A DNA stretch of 64,000 bases. Origin: Thermodesulfobacteriota bacterium (lineage in GTDB: Bacteria; Desulfobacterota; Binatia; Bin18). The stretch covers positions 1,728,001 through 1,792,000 of the forward strand of contig OZ219926.1 in NCBI GenBank assembly GCA_964291405.2, written 5' to 3'. The number at the start of each line of letters is the position of its first letter. Position 1 is the first letter of the stretch. Under the pieces are notes generated by a model. It worked only from the letters and a program-made list of their open reading frames with translations. It was not told where the DNA came from and ran no database searches. Shown here piece by piece: positions 1-11,196 of the stretch. Both the position numbers and the translations under genes were made by a program.

Positions 1-1
1 G

Positions 2-289
2 ACGGCGGTCCACAGCGGCAGCTTTGCGCAGCTTGGCGAGGGTGTAGTGCTCCTCGGCCTTGGCCTCCAGCACGATGAGCGGGAAGCCCTTAGCGTCGAG
101 CATCAGAAAGTCGATATAGCCTTTTTTCGTGTTCTCGAAGTTCTCGCCCAAACCGTCCAGGTCGGACGCCTTTATCGTGACGCTGGGTTCAAGCTGGATA
201 TTGGCGGGTTGGTCACCGTCGGCAAAGAAACGCCAGCCGGCGGCTTCGAGCAGCGTATTGATCTTGATACGAGCGGTGGCTTCGTTCAT
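2..289 (-). pseudogene. hsdR: Type I restriction enzyme R subunit (HsdR) N-terminal region, probably internally deleted; runs off the left edge
   Basis: Manual minus-strand translation from ATG 289: MNEATARIKINTLLEAAGWRFF...KKGYIDFLMLDAKGFPLIVLEAK (HSDR_N-like D..EAK nuclease motif), followed directly by EEHYTLAKLRKAAAVDRR. Not in the ORF track because it is open-ended. Confidence 0.65.
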
Positions 290-357
290 TCCGTAGTCAT
301 CCTCATACAGTTGTGTTATATCTTGATCTCTCCTCATAGACATCCCTGAATCCCATA

Positions 358-397
358 AATCATGGTCAATCATAGTTAATCACAGTCAATCATGGTC
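358..397. repeat. Four tandem 10-bp units (AATCATGGTC/AATCATAGTT/AATCACAGTC/AATCATGGTC)
   Basis: Read directly; the last unit contains the rpe ATG (392). Confidence 0.85.
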
Positions 398-1057
398 CAG
401 ATTTTCCCCTCGATTCTCTCCGCCGACTTTCGATGTCTCGGCCAACAAATTGCCGAGGTCGAGCAGGCTGGCGCGGACCGTATCCACATCGATGTGATGG
501 ATGGCTGTTTTGTGCCCAACATCACCATTGGTCCGCTGGTTGTCGAGGCTGCCCGCAAGAGCACCAGCCTGCCACTCGATGTCCACTTGATGATTGTTGA
601 GCCCGAGCGGTATCTGGCCGATTTCGCCAGCGCCGGTGCGGATATCATCCTGGTGCATCAGGAAGCCTGCCCGCATCTGCACCGGACCGTTGAGCAGATC
701 AAACAGCTCGATAAGCAAGCCGGGGTCGTGCTCAACCCCAGCACCCCAATTACCAGCCTCGAAGAGGTGATCGATATCCTCGATCAGGTTCTCATCATGA
801 GCGTGAATCCCGGTTTTGGCGGGCAGCGCTTTATCAGTTCGAGCACGCAGAAAGTCCGTCGCCTCCAACGGCTGTTGCAGGAACGTGGAGCCCAGGCGGC
901 GATTGAGATTGACGGCGGCATTGATCCGACCACGGCTCCGGCGGTTGTGGCTGCGGGAGCCTCTCTGCTGGTAGCCGGTTCCGCCGTCTTTGGCGCGCCG
1001 GGCGGCCCAGGCGAGGGCGTACGGCGGCTGCGTGCCAGTCTCTCACAGCAGTCGTAG
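392..1057 (+). CDS. rpe: Ribulose-phosphate 3-epimerase
   Basis: PSILSADF, HIDVMDGxFVPNIT, [20 protein letters not shown] and VAGSA motifs. Confidence 0.97.
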   Translation: MVQIFPSILSADFRCLGQQIAEVEQAGADRIHIDVMDGCFVPNITIGPLVVEAARKSTSLPLDVHLMIVEPERYLADFASAGADIILVHQEACPHLHRTVEQIKQLDKQAGVVLNPSTPITSLEEVIDILDQVLIMSVNPGFGGQRFISSSTQKVRRLQRLLQERGAQAAIEIDGGIDPTTAPAVVAAGASLLVAGSAVFGAPGGPGEGVRRLRASLSQQS

Positions 1058-1079
1058 GCCGGGCATTCGCCGACGCTGT

Positions 1080-2525
1080 CTATTTTTTCCGTTTGCTCTG
1101 CTGCAACAGATCGCCCAGGCTGAGTCCAAACCCCTGCCGTTGTTGGCTTGAAGCCAGATACGCCTGGGTTTCCGCCTGCTCTTCGTGTGCGCGTACCTTG
1201 GTGCGGGACAGGCGGATGCGTCTCCCCTCTTCTTCGACTGCCAGGACGGCAACCTTCACCTCAGTGCCAGGCGGAAACTCTTTGCGGTGGTCGGTTCCAC
1301 GCGGCGTCCCCATCTCCGCATTGGGAATCAGTCCGGTCTGCCCAGGGCCGAGCCGGACAAATACCCCGAACGACTCCACCCGCTCAACGGTGCCGGTGAG
1401 AATCGTTCCGGTCGTCAGCTCCAGTTCCTCGGCGTGATCGCCCGGAGCGAGCCCCTCTGGGGCCAAGGCCAGGGCAATCCGTCGCTCCTCAGGGTCAATC
1501 GAGAGGATGAGAACGGTTATTTCCTGATTGGTCGTGGTCGCCTCTTTGATTACGCCCTGTTGGCTGCGGGGAATTTCGCTCACGTGCAGCAACCCATCAA
1601 CGCCAGGGAGCAGTTCGACAAAGACGCCGAAGTCAGTCATCCGAATCAGACGGCCGGTCACCACCTGCCGTTCGCGCAGTTGTACGCTGACAGTACTCCA
1701 GGGGTCGTCTTCCAGGGCTTTCAGACTCAGCCCGACCTTGCCGCTTTCCGCGTCCATGCTGAGCACTTTGACTGTGACTGCTTCGCCCACGCTCAGATGA
1801 TCGGCCGGCCTTCCCAGCCGAGAGTGGCTAATCTCGGAGACATGCACCAAGCCCTGTACGCCCCCAAGGTCGATAAACGCACCGAAATTGGTCAGCGAGG
1901 CGACTGTCCCCGGCAGGACTGCCCCTGGAAACAACTTCTGCCGCGTCTCTTCTGCGGCGCGCTCAGCCTGCTCTTCGAGGAGTCGGCGACGGGAAAGAAC
2001 GATATTCCTCTCGCTGTACTGCGTGACGTAAAACTCAAACGTTTGGTTGAAAAATTCCTCAGGGGAATCAGGCCGGTGGAGGCTCATCTGAGAGAATGGA
2101 CAAAAGGCCCGCATCCCGGCGACCGTCACTTCGTAGCCCCCTTTGGTCTCCCGCGTGACCGTGCCTTCCACCGGCAAGGTGTTCTCCACGGCGAGGGCTA
2201 AGCGCTGGCGTGCTTGCGCGCCCTTAAGCAGTTTGCGTGACAGTCGGAGTTCTCCTTCGGTTGAGAGCACGGTGGCTTCCACCTCATCTCCAACGACAAT
2301 GTCAAACTCACCCTGCTCGTTTTCGAGTTCGGCCCGGTCAATAATCCCCTCCCCTTTATCCCGAACATCAATGAAGACGCTATCCGCGCTGATAAGGATG
2401 ACCCGACCCTTCACCACCTGGCCACTGCTCAGCGCCGGTCCGGTCTGTTCCTGTTCGAGCAGGGCGGCAAAGCTCTCTTCAGTCATGGCCTCTTCAGGAG
2501 GCGGTTGTTCTGGCTTGTCGCTCAT
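1080..2525 (-). CDS. Multi-S1-domain protein, 30S ribosomal protein S1-like (paralog-type)
   Basis: Repeated S1 motifs (FGAFIDLGGVQGLVHVSEIS, FGVFVELLPGVDGLLHVSEI, FGVFVRLGPGQTGLI). Start taken at ATG 2525 behind GGGAGAG. Confidence 0.88.
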   Translation of the reverse strand: MSDKPEQPPPEEAMTEESFAALLEQEQTGPALSSGQVVKGRVILISADSVFIDVRDKGEGIIDRAELENEQGEFDIVVGDEVEATVLSTEGELRLSRKLLKGAQARQRLALAVENTLPVEGTVTRETKGGYEVTVAGMRAFCPFSQMSLHRPDSPEEFFNQTFEFYVTQYSERNIVLSRRRLLEEQAERAAEETRQKLFPGAVLPGTVASLTNFGAFIDLGGVQGLVHVSEISHSRLGRPADHLSVGEAVTVKVLSMDAESGKVGLSLKALEDDPWSTVSVQLRERQVVTGRLIRMTDFGVFVELLPGVDGLLHVSEIPRSQQGVIKEATTTNQEITVLILSIDPEERRIALALAPEGLAPGDHAEELELTTGTILTGTVERVESFGVFVRLGPGQTGLIPNAEMGTPRGTDHRKEFPPGTEVKVAVLAVEEEGRRIRLSRTKVRAHEEQAETQAYLASSQQRQGFGLSLGDLLQQSKRKK

Positions 2526-5500
2526 GCGGCTCTCCCTGTTCCCTTTCAAACAGACGACTATAACACGCCCGAATCGCTTCCCGCTGGCGGTGGTACTCGG
2601 CCAAGACACGCGGGCCTGCCTCGGCTCCTTCGTAGCCCATCCGCCGGGCCAGGGACGTCAACTGCTCGGCATTTCGCTCAAGCGCCTCAACCGGCTGATC
2701 GCGTTCAATCCGGAGTCGGTTTTCGAGCCGGCGCAGGAACTGGTAGCCGCGCTTGAGCAGCCGGCTCTCTTCACGAGAGAGCACCTGACATGCTCTCAGG
2801 GCGTCCAGGGTAGAGAGGGTATCCCGATGCCGCAATGCAGGAAGACGGTGACCATAGCGCAGTTGCAACATCTGCACAAGAAACTCGACATCGACCAGAC
2901 CGCCGCGGCCCGTTTTAATATTAAACCGCTCGCTCGTCTCTCCGGCCAACTCGGATTCCATCCGGCCGCGCAAGCGCTGAATCTCAGCCACATCCGTGGC
3001 CCGAATGGGCTCGCTATAGACGTAGTGCTCAAACAGGGCATTCACCCGAGCGGCCAGACCGGAGTCTCCCGCTACGGCGCGGGCTTTAATGAGCGCTTGT
3101 CGTTCCCAGAGTTGCGCCTGGGTCTGATGATAGCGGGTAAAGGCAGCCATCGAAGACACCAGGGAGCCGGCGCGGCCAGAGGGTCGCAAACGGGTATCGA
3201 TTTTATACGCCGCGCCCTCACGCGTTTGGACTTGGAGGACCGAAATCAAGCGCTGGACCAGCTTGGCAAAAATTTCTTGAGCGGCGAGGTCTGACCCGTC
3301 CTGTCCGGTCGAGGACGAGGAGTCTGGTTCGTACAGGAAGATGAGGTCCAGATCCGAGTTATAGTTTAACTCGCGTGCGCCCAGTTTTCCCATGCCCACA
3401 ATCACAATCCGGCCGGGCAGGTCCGTCTGCCCTAATTTTTCCAACAGTGCCGCGCGGGCGGTCTCATACGCCCCGTGGAGACAGGCCTCCGCCAAGTATG
3501 ACAGCTGGACGCTCACCGACGGGAAATCAAGCTGTCCGTTGGTGTCGTTAATGCCGATGCGCAGAAACTCCTCATGTCGATATTCACGCAGAATATCGAG
3601 CCGATCCTCAAGCTCCGGAGCCCCGGTAATGCGAGCCATCAACTCGTCCCGCATCAGCTCTTGAGATTTGTACAAATGGACCAAGTCGGCCCGGACCAGA
3701 CTGTCGAGCAATTCCGGTCGGCGTAAAAAGATGCGAGACAGATAGGAACTGGTGCCGAACAGACCGATGAGCGTTCGCAGGGTGTGCGGGTTCTCACGCA
3801 GGAGTGATAAAAAGCTTGAGCGCGCGCCGATCGACGCGATCAGATCTGCCATGGAGGCTAAGGCCCGGTCGGGGTCTGCCGACCGGCAGACTTCATGGAA
3901 GAGGGTTGGGGCAAGGGCATACAACAGCTCGCGCCGCCGCGGCGGCGCCGGAGCATACGACGGGCCATCGTGCAGCAGGCGCAGACGCTCATATGTGTGG
4001 GTCAGCTCACGAAACCCAAGCTGTTTCAGACGCTGCTGTGCCCGTTCAGGATCGGACAATTCGTCGAAGAGGGCTTCAATGGCTGCCTGCTCCTCAGTTC
4101 CATCGGCCTCGGAGCTGCCTTCGGGAACGTGGAAAAGCGAGCGAAAAATCGTGTGGACCGCCCGCGTATGATCCTGGAGGGTCGTCAGGAAAACGGCGAG
4201 CGCGTCCTGGGCGGCGTCGGTCTGACCCGCAACCCGTAGACGACGCGCCAATGCCCGCAGGTCGTCTTCAGAGCCGGGGAGCGTATGCGTTTGGCGGTCA
4301 TGCACCATTTGTATTTTGTGCTCGACCTGACGCAGGAAGCGGTAGGCCGCGGCCAGCGCATCTCGGTCTGCGGCGGCGAGGTAGGTCCCCTCAACCAAAC
4401 GGTCGAGGACCTCCAGGGTGTTCCGTCCCAAGACGCGTGGGTCTTTTCCGGCATGGATGAGTTGCAGGACTTGGGTCACAAATTCGATTTCTCGTATCCC
4501 GCCCCGCCCGAGCTTGACGTTCAACCGCTCCCGGTCGGTCCGATGCAGTGAGCGTTCAATCCGCATCTTCAGCTCTTTGGTATCCTCGACCATGGTGAAG
4601 TCGAGGTAACGGCGCAAGATAAACGGCGCGACCTCACGTAAAAAGCGCTCGCCCAGGGCTTGCTCTCCGGCAATAGGTCGCGCCTTGAGCAGAGCCAGAC
4701 GTTCCCAGGTCTGACCCCAGGACTCATAATACAACAGCGTATTGGCGAGAGAATTGACAATCTGACCGTTCGTCCCATCCGGCCGTAGACGGAGGTCAAC
4801 CCGGAAGACAAGCCCCCCGGTGCCGGAGATGCTGAGGGCCTGGGTGAGATGCTGGGCGAGCTCGGTAAAATAGGTCCGGGTGTCAATTTGACCCTTTTTT
4901 CCGCCAGTTGTGAGGCCGGCGTCACATTCGTACAGATAGATGAGGTCGATGTCCGAACTGAAATTCAGCTCTTCTCCCCCGAGCTTGCCCATGCCAAACA
5001 CAACGAAGGCAATCGGGTGTTTTTCTCCCGCCTCTTCAATACCGGCTTCACCGTAGTCCCGCTCCATTCTGGCCCGCGTGTATTCGTAGGCAATCTGGAC
5101 GGCAGTGTCGGCCAGGGCGCTCAAATCGCGGGTCGTCTCTTCAAGGGAGGCCCGAGCAAGCAGGTCTCGCGTTCCAATCCGTAGATATTCACGATTACGG
5201 TAGGCTCGCAGTCCGCGTAAAAAATCGCCTTCAGGCAGATCACACGAGAGGGCTGGGCGGCACACCTGGAGGTGGGTAGCGGTCGATTTTTCCGCAGCAC
5301 CGCGATCGGTCAAAAAGGCGGCCTCCCAGTCCTGTTCCTGCTGGATCAAGACATTCGAGAGATGTTGACTTGCCCCCAAAAGAAACAGCAGGTCACGGGA
5401 TAGCTCGGCGGACTGGAGCACGGTTCCCGTCCCAAAACCATGTTCCAGCAGGCGGCTCAGATTGACCGCGGCTAAAGAGGGGTCTGGAGCTTGGGCAACT

Positions 5501-5622
5501 CCAGCGATGATATGGTGCCAGCAGGACGTCAGCTGTCCGCGCAACGGTAGCAGAGGGCGAAGGATGTCGGAAGAAACCTCCCCGGATATGGGTTCTGAAC
5601 TGGCGTCAGACAGAGCAGGCAC
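2494..5622 (-). CDS. glnE: Bifunctional glutamine synthetase adenylyltransferase/adenylyl-removing enzyme
   Basis: Two nucleotidyltransferase halves (GMGKLGGEELNFSSDIDL, GMGKLGARELNYNSDLDL), RVDLRLRPDG/IDTRLRPSG and KLGRGGIREIEF. Confidence 0.95.
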   Translation of the reverse strand: MPALSDASSEPISGEVSSDILRPLLPLRGQLTSCWHHIIAGVAQAPDPSLAAVNLSRLLEHGFGTGTVLQSAELSRDLLFLLGASQHLSNVLIQQEQDWEAAFLTDRGAAEKSTATHLQVCRPALSCDLPEGDFLRGLRAYRNREYLRIGTRDLLARASLEETTRDLSALADTAVQIAYEYTRARMERDYGEAGIEEAGEKHPIAFVVFGMGKLGGEELNFSSDIDLIYLYECDAGLTTGGKKGQIDTRTYFTELAQHLTQALSISGTGGLVFRVDLRLRPDGTNGQIVNSLANTLLYYESWGQTWERLALLKARPIAGEQALGERFLREVAPFILRRYLDFTMVEDTKELKMRIERSLHRTDRERLNVKLGRGGIREIEFVTQVLQLIHAGKDPRVLGRNTLEVLDRLVEGTYLAAADRDALAAAYRFLRQVEHKIQMVHDRQTHTLPGSEDDLRALARRLRVAGQTDAAQDALAVFLTTLQDHTRAVHTIFRSLFHVPEGSSEADGTEEQAAIEALFDELSDPERAQQRLKQLGFRELTHTYERLRLLHDGPSYAPAPPRRRELLYALAPTLFHEVCRSADPDRALASMADLIASIGARSSFLSLLRENPHTLRTLIGLFGTSSYLSRIFLRRPELLDSLVRADLVHLYKSQELMRDELMARITGAPELEDRLDILREYRHEEFLRIGINDTNGQLDFPSVSVQLSYLAEACLHGAYETARAALLEKLGQTDLPGRIVIVGMGKLGARELNYNSDLDLIFLYEPDSSSSTGQDGSDLAAQEIFAKLVQRLISVLQVQTREGAAYKIDTRLRPSGRAGSLVSSMAAFTRYHQTQAQLWERQALIKARAVAGDSGLAARVNALFEHYVYSEPIRATDVAEIQRLRGRMESELAGETSERFNIKTGRGGLVDVEFLVQMLQLRYGHRLPALRHRDTLSTLDALRACQVLSREESRLLKRGYQFLRRLENRLRIERDQPVEALERNAEQLTSLARRMGYEGAEAGPRVLAEYHRQREAIRACYSRLFEREQGEPHERQARTTAS

Positions 5623-5682
5623 TATATCTATGGCGGGGCACGCTGTCCGTACCCCGCCCTCTCTACATCAGCAAGTGAGCAG

Positions 5683-6288
5683 CTAAGCAGCCTTGGGAGC
5701 GCTCAGGGTCTCACACGCATCCAGCAGCCATTTAATGCTCGACATTTCATCGTCAATAATGGTCCGCAGGAGCTCTTTGGTCTGCTGATCGTCCTGAATC
5801 TGATCAATAGAATCGGTGAGCGGCTTTAAGATGGCCTCGGGATCTTTGAGCAGATCGGCAAGGGATTGGAGCTTTTCCACATCGCCTTTCTCTTTTGACG
5901 AGTAGAAAGGCATTTCCTTGTCCCGCCGCTCGGCTGGTACCGTGCACTGCGGATCCCCACCCAGTTCGCGCAACCGTGCTTCCAAGAGATGGGCGTGAAA
6001 AGCCTCACGCTGCTGGACGGTCCGCAAGCCACCTCTCACACACGCCTCGTCACTGGCCTCAATCCAGCCGTTAAGATATTCCGCGGCAAAGTCTTCTCCG
6101 CACCGGAACTCGTCCAGTAAGGCCAGAATCATGTCTTTCTCGGTGGCGTGACTCACCCCATTGTAGGTATAGGTCGCTGCCCCGCCGTTGGACAGTTCCT
6201 CCATCTGTTCCTCGAACAGCGCGTCCGAGATAACGCCCTTACGGTACGCCTTGAGGAGCTGGCGAACTTCAAAATCTGCGTTTGGCAT
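5683..6288 (-). CDS. Ferritin-like four-helix protein of unknown function
   Basis: E..E..A, REAFH and IIDDE helices typical of ferritin-like folds; short N-terminal helical module; AAGGAG RBS. Confidence 0.6.
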   Translation of the reverse strand: MPNADFEVRQLLKAYRKGVISDALFEEQMEELSNGGAATYTYNGVSHATEKDMILALLDEFRCGEDFAAEYLNGWIEASDEACVRGGLRTVQQREAFHAHLLEARLRELGGDPQCTVPAERRDKEMPFYSSKEKGDVEKLQSLADLLKDPEAILKPLTDSIDQIQDDQQTKELLRTIIDDEMSSIKWLLDACETLSAPKAA

Positions 6289-6364
6289 TGTTTTCTCCTT
6301 TCAGCCTTTTCCCGTCAGATACACGACACATAGCAGACATGCCGGGGGCTGTGTCAACTTCGTC

Positions 6365-6412
6365 TGTTCAGAGTTTAGGCAGTCTGGTTTGCAACTGCTG
6401 CTCTTCTGGGCA
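6365..6412. promoter_or_regulatory. Pair of NtrC-type enhancer-like sites
   Basis: TGTTC-N7-AGGCA (6365-6381) and TGCTG-N7-GGGCA (6396-6412), 31 bp apart and upstream of the sigma54 promoter. An adjacent perfect inverted repeat TGCTCTTG-N3-CAAGAGCA is at 6413-6431. Confidence 0.55.
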
Positions 6413-6473
6413 TGCTCTTGTCCCAAGAGCAAAAAAACCGCCTGATTTCTCTCGGCTTTCTCCTGGTACGGGA

Positions 6474-6490
6474 TTGGCATCAGCTTTGCT
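6474..6490 (+). promoter_or_regulatory. sigma54 (-24/-12) promoter of porin-glnK-amtB
   Basis: TTGGCATCAGCTTTGCT, GG-N10-GC. Confidence 0.85.
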
Positions 6491-6555
6491 GCATAAATGT
6501 ACCGGGAGTGTTCCACCAGAATCCAAGGAACATATTTTTAGCAAGGGGGTAGTAT

Positions 6556-8189
<1,634 letters not shown>

Positions 8190-8352
8190 TCAGAACGACA
8201 ACTCGTGCCGGGGCTCTGATGTTGTGAGGGCAATATCGCAAGGAGCCCCGGTAGGACAGACAGAAGTATCGAGCCAAATACTTCGGCGGGGCAATACGGG
8301 GCATCTCGACTCACATGAGGGCAATGACATTGCACGACATAAGGAGGTTGGG

Positions 8353-9792
8353 ATGAAACGTTTATTCGCTTTGGGATCACTCGCGACGCTGGGCATCGGG
8401 CTGATGGCACCGCTCGCCTTTGCCGAGGACGCGCCACAGTACAAGGATTACGCCGAATTTGCCGCTTCACAGGGCTTTGCCCTGTTTACCGCCCATAATT
8501 TATGGATGATGATCGCCGCGGCCCTGGTGTTCGTCATGCATCTGGGCTTTGCCTCCCTCGAATCCGGTCTGACCCAGTCCAAGAACACGGTCAATATTCT
8601 CTTTAAGAACACCTTTGTCATCTGCATTGGCTTGCTGACCTATGCGTTGTGCGGCTTCAACCTGATGTATCCCGGATTTGCGGAGGATTCTGCCGGTTGG
8701 CTGGCCTTTGCCGGGTTTGGCGTTGAGGTGGCGGACGAAGTAGCCTCACAGACCAGTCTGTACAGTGAGGGCTATACCTATTGGACCGACTTTCTCTTTC
8801 AGGCCATGTTTGCGGCAACCGCAGCAACCATTGTCTCCGGCGCGGTTGCAGAGCGTATAAAATTGTCCTCTTTCATGGTTTTTGCGGCCATTTTTGTCGC
8901 CGTTTCGTATCCCATCACCGGCAGTTGGAAATGGGGTGCCGGCTGGCTGGACATGATGGAAACGCCCTTTTATGACTTTGCCGGCTCAACCATTGTCCAC
9001 TCGGTGGGTGGCTGGGGAGCCTTGGCCGGAGCCATACTGCTGGGGCCCCGGATGGGGAAATACATGGAAGACGGCCGTATTCGGCCCATCTTGCCCAGCA
9101 ATATGCCACTAGCCGCCATCGGCGTCTTCCTGCTGTGGCTGGGTTGGTTCGGATTTAATGGCGGCTCCGTCCTTTCGGGTGACCCCAATCTCGTGTCCTT
9201 AACCCTGGTCACCACCTGTATTGCCGCCGCAGCCGGCGGGATTGGAGCGATGTTCACCTCCTGGGTCATCCTCCAAAAACCAGATCTGTCCATGGCTTTA
9301 AACGGCATTCTGGCCGGATTGGTCGGCATCACTGCCGGCGCCGATCAAATGGCGGCCATGTCAGCCACGCTGATTGGGCTGATTGCCGGTGCGATTGTTG
9401 TCGGCTCGGTCCTGTTCTTTGACAAGGTAAAGATCGACGATCCGGTTGGGGCCATCTCTGTCCACCTCGTGTGTGGTATCTGGGGAACTCTGGCGGTCGG
9501 CATTTTCGGCAACTTGGCCGGTGGTGCGCAGCTCGTCAGTCAGATCGTCGGTATCGTGGCCATTGGCATCTTTACTTTTGCGTTTGCCTTTATCCTTTTC
9601 AGCATCATCAAGGCGACCATGGGGCTCCGGGTCTCGCCGGACGAAGAGTCCGAGGGCCTGGATGTTGGTGAACATGGTAACGTGGCCTACGGCTCCTCGC
9701 AGATGTTCTCCCCCGGCTCAACCCTGGGGATGAGCAGCCAGCGCTCAATGCGGGCGGAACCCGTTCCGCGTCTCAGCACCGAGGAAGCCTAA
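8353..9792 (+). CDS. amtB: Ammonium transporter
   Basis: FQAMFAATAATIVSGAVAER, DFAGSTIVHSVGG, WFGFNGGS and IDDPVGAISVH; AAGGAGG RBS at 8341. Confidence 0.96.
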   Translation: MKRLFALGSLATLGIGLMAPLAFAEDAPQYKDYAEFAASQGFALFTAHNLWMMIAAALVFVMHLGFASLESGLTQSKNTVNILFKNTFVICIGLLTYALCGFNLMYPGFAEDSAGWLAFAGFGVEVADEVASQTSLYSEGYTYWTDFLFQAMFAATAATIVSGAVAERIKLSSFMVFAAIFVAVSYPITGSWKWGAGWLDMMETPFYDFAGSTIVHSVGGWGALAGAILLGPRMGKYMEDGRIRPILPSNMPLAAIGVFLLWLGWFGFNGGSVLSGDPNLVSLTLVTTCIAAAAGGIGAMFTSWVILQKPDLSMALNGILAGLVGITAGADQMAAMSATLIGLIAGAIVVGSVLFFDKVKIDDPVGAISVHLVCGIWGTLAVGIFGNLAGGAQLVSQIVGIVAIGIFTFAFAFILFSIIKATMGLRVSPDEESEGLDVGEHGNVAYGSSQMFSPGSTLGMSSQRSMRAEPVPRLSTEEA

Positions 9793-9799
9793 TCAGAAA

Positions 9800-9826
9800 A
9801 GCCGGGCGGGAGCTTCCCGCCCGGCT
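9800..9826. terminator. GC-rich hairpin after amtB (terminator or stabilising stem)
   Basis: AGCCGGGCGGGA-GCT-TCCCGCCCGGCT perfect stem; no U-tract on the + strand. Confidence 0.55.
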
Positions 9827-9965
9827 CCACTCCAATCAATCCTGTGGGGATATGGATTGCACACTCGGTCCCATTGGGAGCGGCGCTATGACACAAGTGA
9901 TTCGGTCCGACGTTTCGATACAGTCACTCTCGCTTCTCGCTTGAGACCCTCCACTGAGCATTACG

Positions 9966-11192
9966 ATGGATACGCTCCAGGGACATCTCGAAGAACGGCT
10001 CGAAGCGCTATTCACCATTGGAGCTGAAATCTCATCAACCTTGCAATTGGAAGAGGTGCTGCAGCGTATTGTTGCCCAGGCCCGGCGCCTTATGGCCGTG
10101 CGCGTATCCTCTATCCTCCTGCTCGACCCCGAAGAGGGCACCCTCCGCCCGGCCGCCACCGAGGGCGCGAGTGAGGCATATCTTGCCCAGCCAGCGCGTG
10201 AGGTGGCCACCAGTCTGACCGGGGAAGTGATTCAGACCGGCCGGCCGCTGTACACGCCTGACGTCCGCAAGGAAACCCGCTACCGCGTGGCGGACCTGGC
10301 CCGCCGTGAAGGACTGTGTTCCCTCTTATCCGTGCCACTCCGGGCCAGAACCGCCATTATCGGTGTCCTGAATGTCTATACGACCGAACCACGCTGCTTT
10401 GAGGACAGTGATGTCCGTCTCCTGACCTTGCTGGCCAGTCAATCCGCCATTGCCATAGAAAATGCGACCCTCCATCGGGATGAAATGCAAGCCAGGGAAC
10501 AACTCCGCCAGTCTGAGAAATTGGCCGCGCTGGGCAAGTTGTCCGCGGGGCTGGCTCATGAGCTGCGCAACCCGCTGAATACCGTTCTCATGCTGATCTA
10601 CGCCATGTCACAGGACCAGGTCCAAGACTATCCGCGGGATCGGACAACGACCAACGGCTTTTCGGACGATCTCCGTATCGTCCAGGGTGAGTTGCAACGC
10701 ATCAAACTCTTACTGGATCAGTTTCTGGACTTCGCCCGTCCGCGCCCCCCCCATTTTCAACGCGAACGACTCCAGGAGATCATGGAAGAAACCCTGCTGT
10801 TGATCGGCCCGGAAGCGCGCGTGCGAGGGATCGTCATCCGTAAAGATTGGGCGAACAACCTCCCCCTGGCCTGGGTTGACGGGACCCAGATCAAGCAGGT
10901 GTTCCTGAACCTCTTACTCAATGCGATTCAGGCCATGCCGCACGGCGGGACGCTGACCGTTCACATCGGCGTCGGGGGCGGCAGCCTGCAGGTCACCATT
11001 GCCGACCAGGGAGCCGGCATCTCGCCCGAAGTGCGGACTCAACTCTTTGACCCGTTTTTTACGACCAAGGAAGACGGCACCGGCCTGGGGCTGTCCATAT
11101 CGCAACGCATTATTGAAGGTCATAACGGCCGACTACGCCTCTTCTCTCAGCCAGGGGCCGGAACAACGGTGTGTATCCGACTCCCCCTCTAG
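9966..11192 (+). CDS. GAF-domain sensor histidine kinase
   Basis: N-terminal GAF; H-box LAHELRNPL; QVFLNLLLNAIQAM, DQGAGI, FDPFFTTK and GTGLGL boxes. Confidence 0.93.
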   Translation: MDTLQGHLEERLEALFTIGAEISSTLQLEEVLQRIVAQARRLMAVRVSSILLLDPEEGTLRPAATEGASEAYLAQPAREVATSLTGEVIQTGRPLYTPDVRKETRYRVADLARREGLCSLLSVPLRARTAIIGVLNVYTTEPRCFEDSDVRLLTLLASQSAIAIENATLHRDEMQAREQLRQSEKLAALGKLSAGLAHELRNPLNTVLMLIYAMSQDQVQDYPRDRTTTNGFSDDLRIVQGELQRIKLLLDQFLDFARPRPPHFQRERLQEIMEETLLLIGPEARVRGIVIRKDWANNLPLAWVDGTQIKQVFLNLLLNAIQAMPHGGTLTVHIGVGGGSLQVTIADQGAGISPEVRTQLFDPFFTTKEDGTGLGLSISQRIIEGHNGRLRLFSQPGAGTTVCIRLPL

Positions 11193-11196
11193 CCCT

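Noticed and set aside
47-349. 100-aa + strand ORF
   Set aside because: Antisense shadow of the hsdR-like frame on the minus strand.
1185-5184. Long + strand ORFs (e.g. 1185-2201, 2143-3294, 3804-4460)
   Set aside because: Antisense to the S1-like gene and glnE; no motifs; expected in GC-rich DNA.
8225-8340. ANTAR (NasT/NasR) dual-hexaloop motif or glnA riboswitch
   Set aside because: The GGGCAAU copies do not form the paired 3-bp-stem hexaloops, and the glnA consensus is not recognisable.
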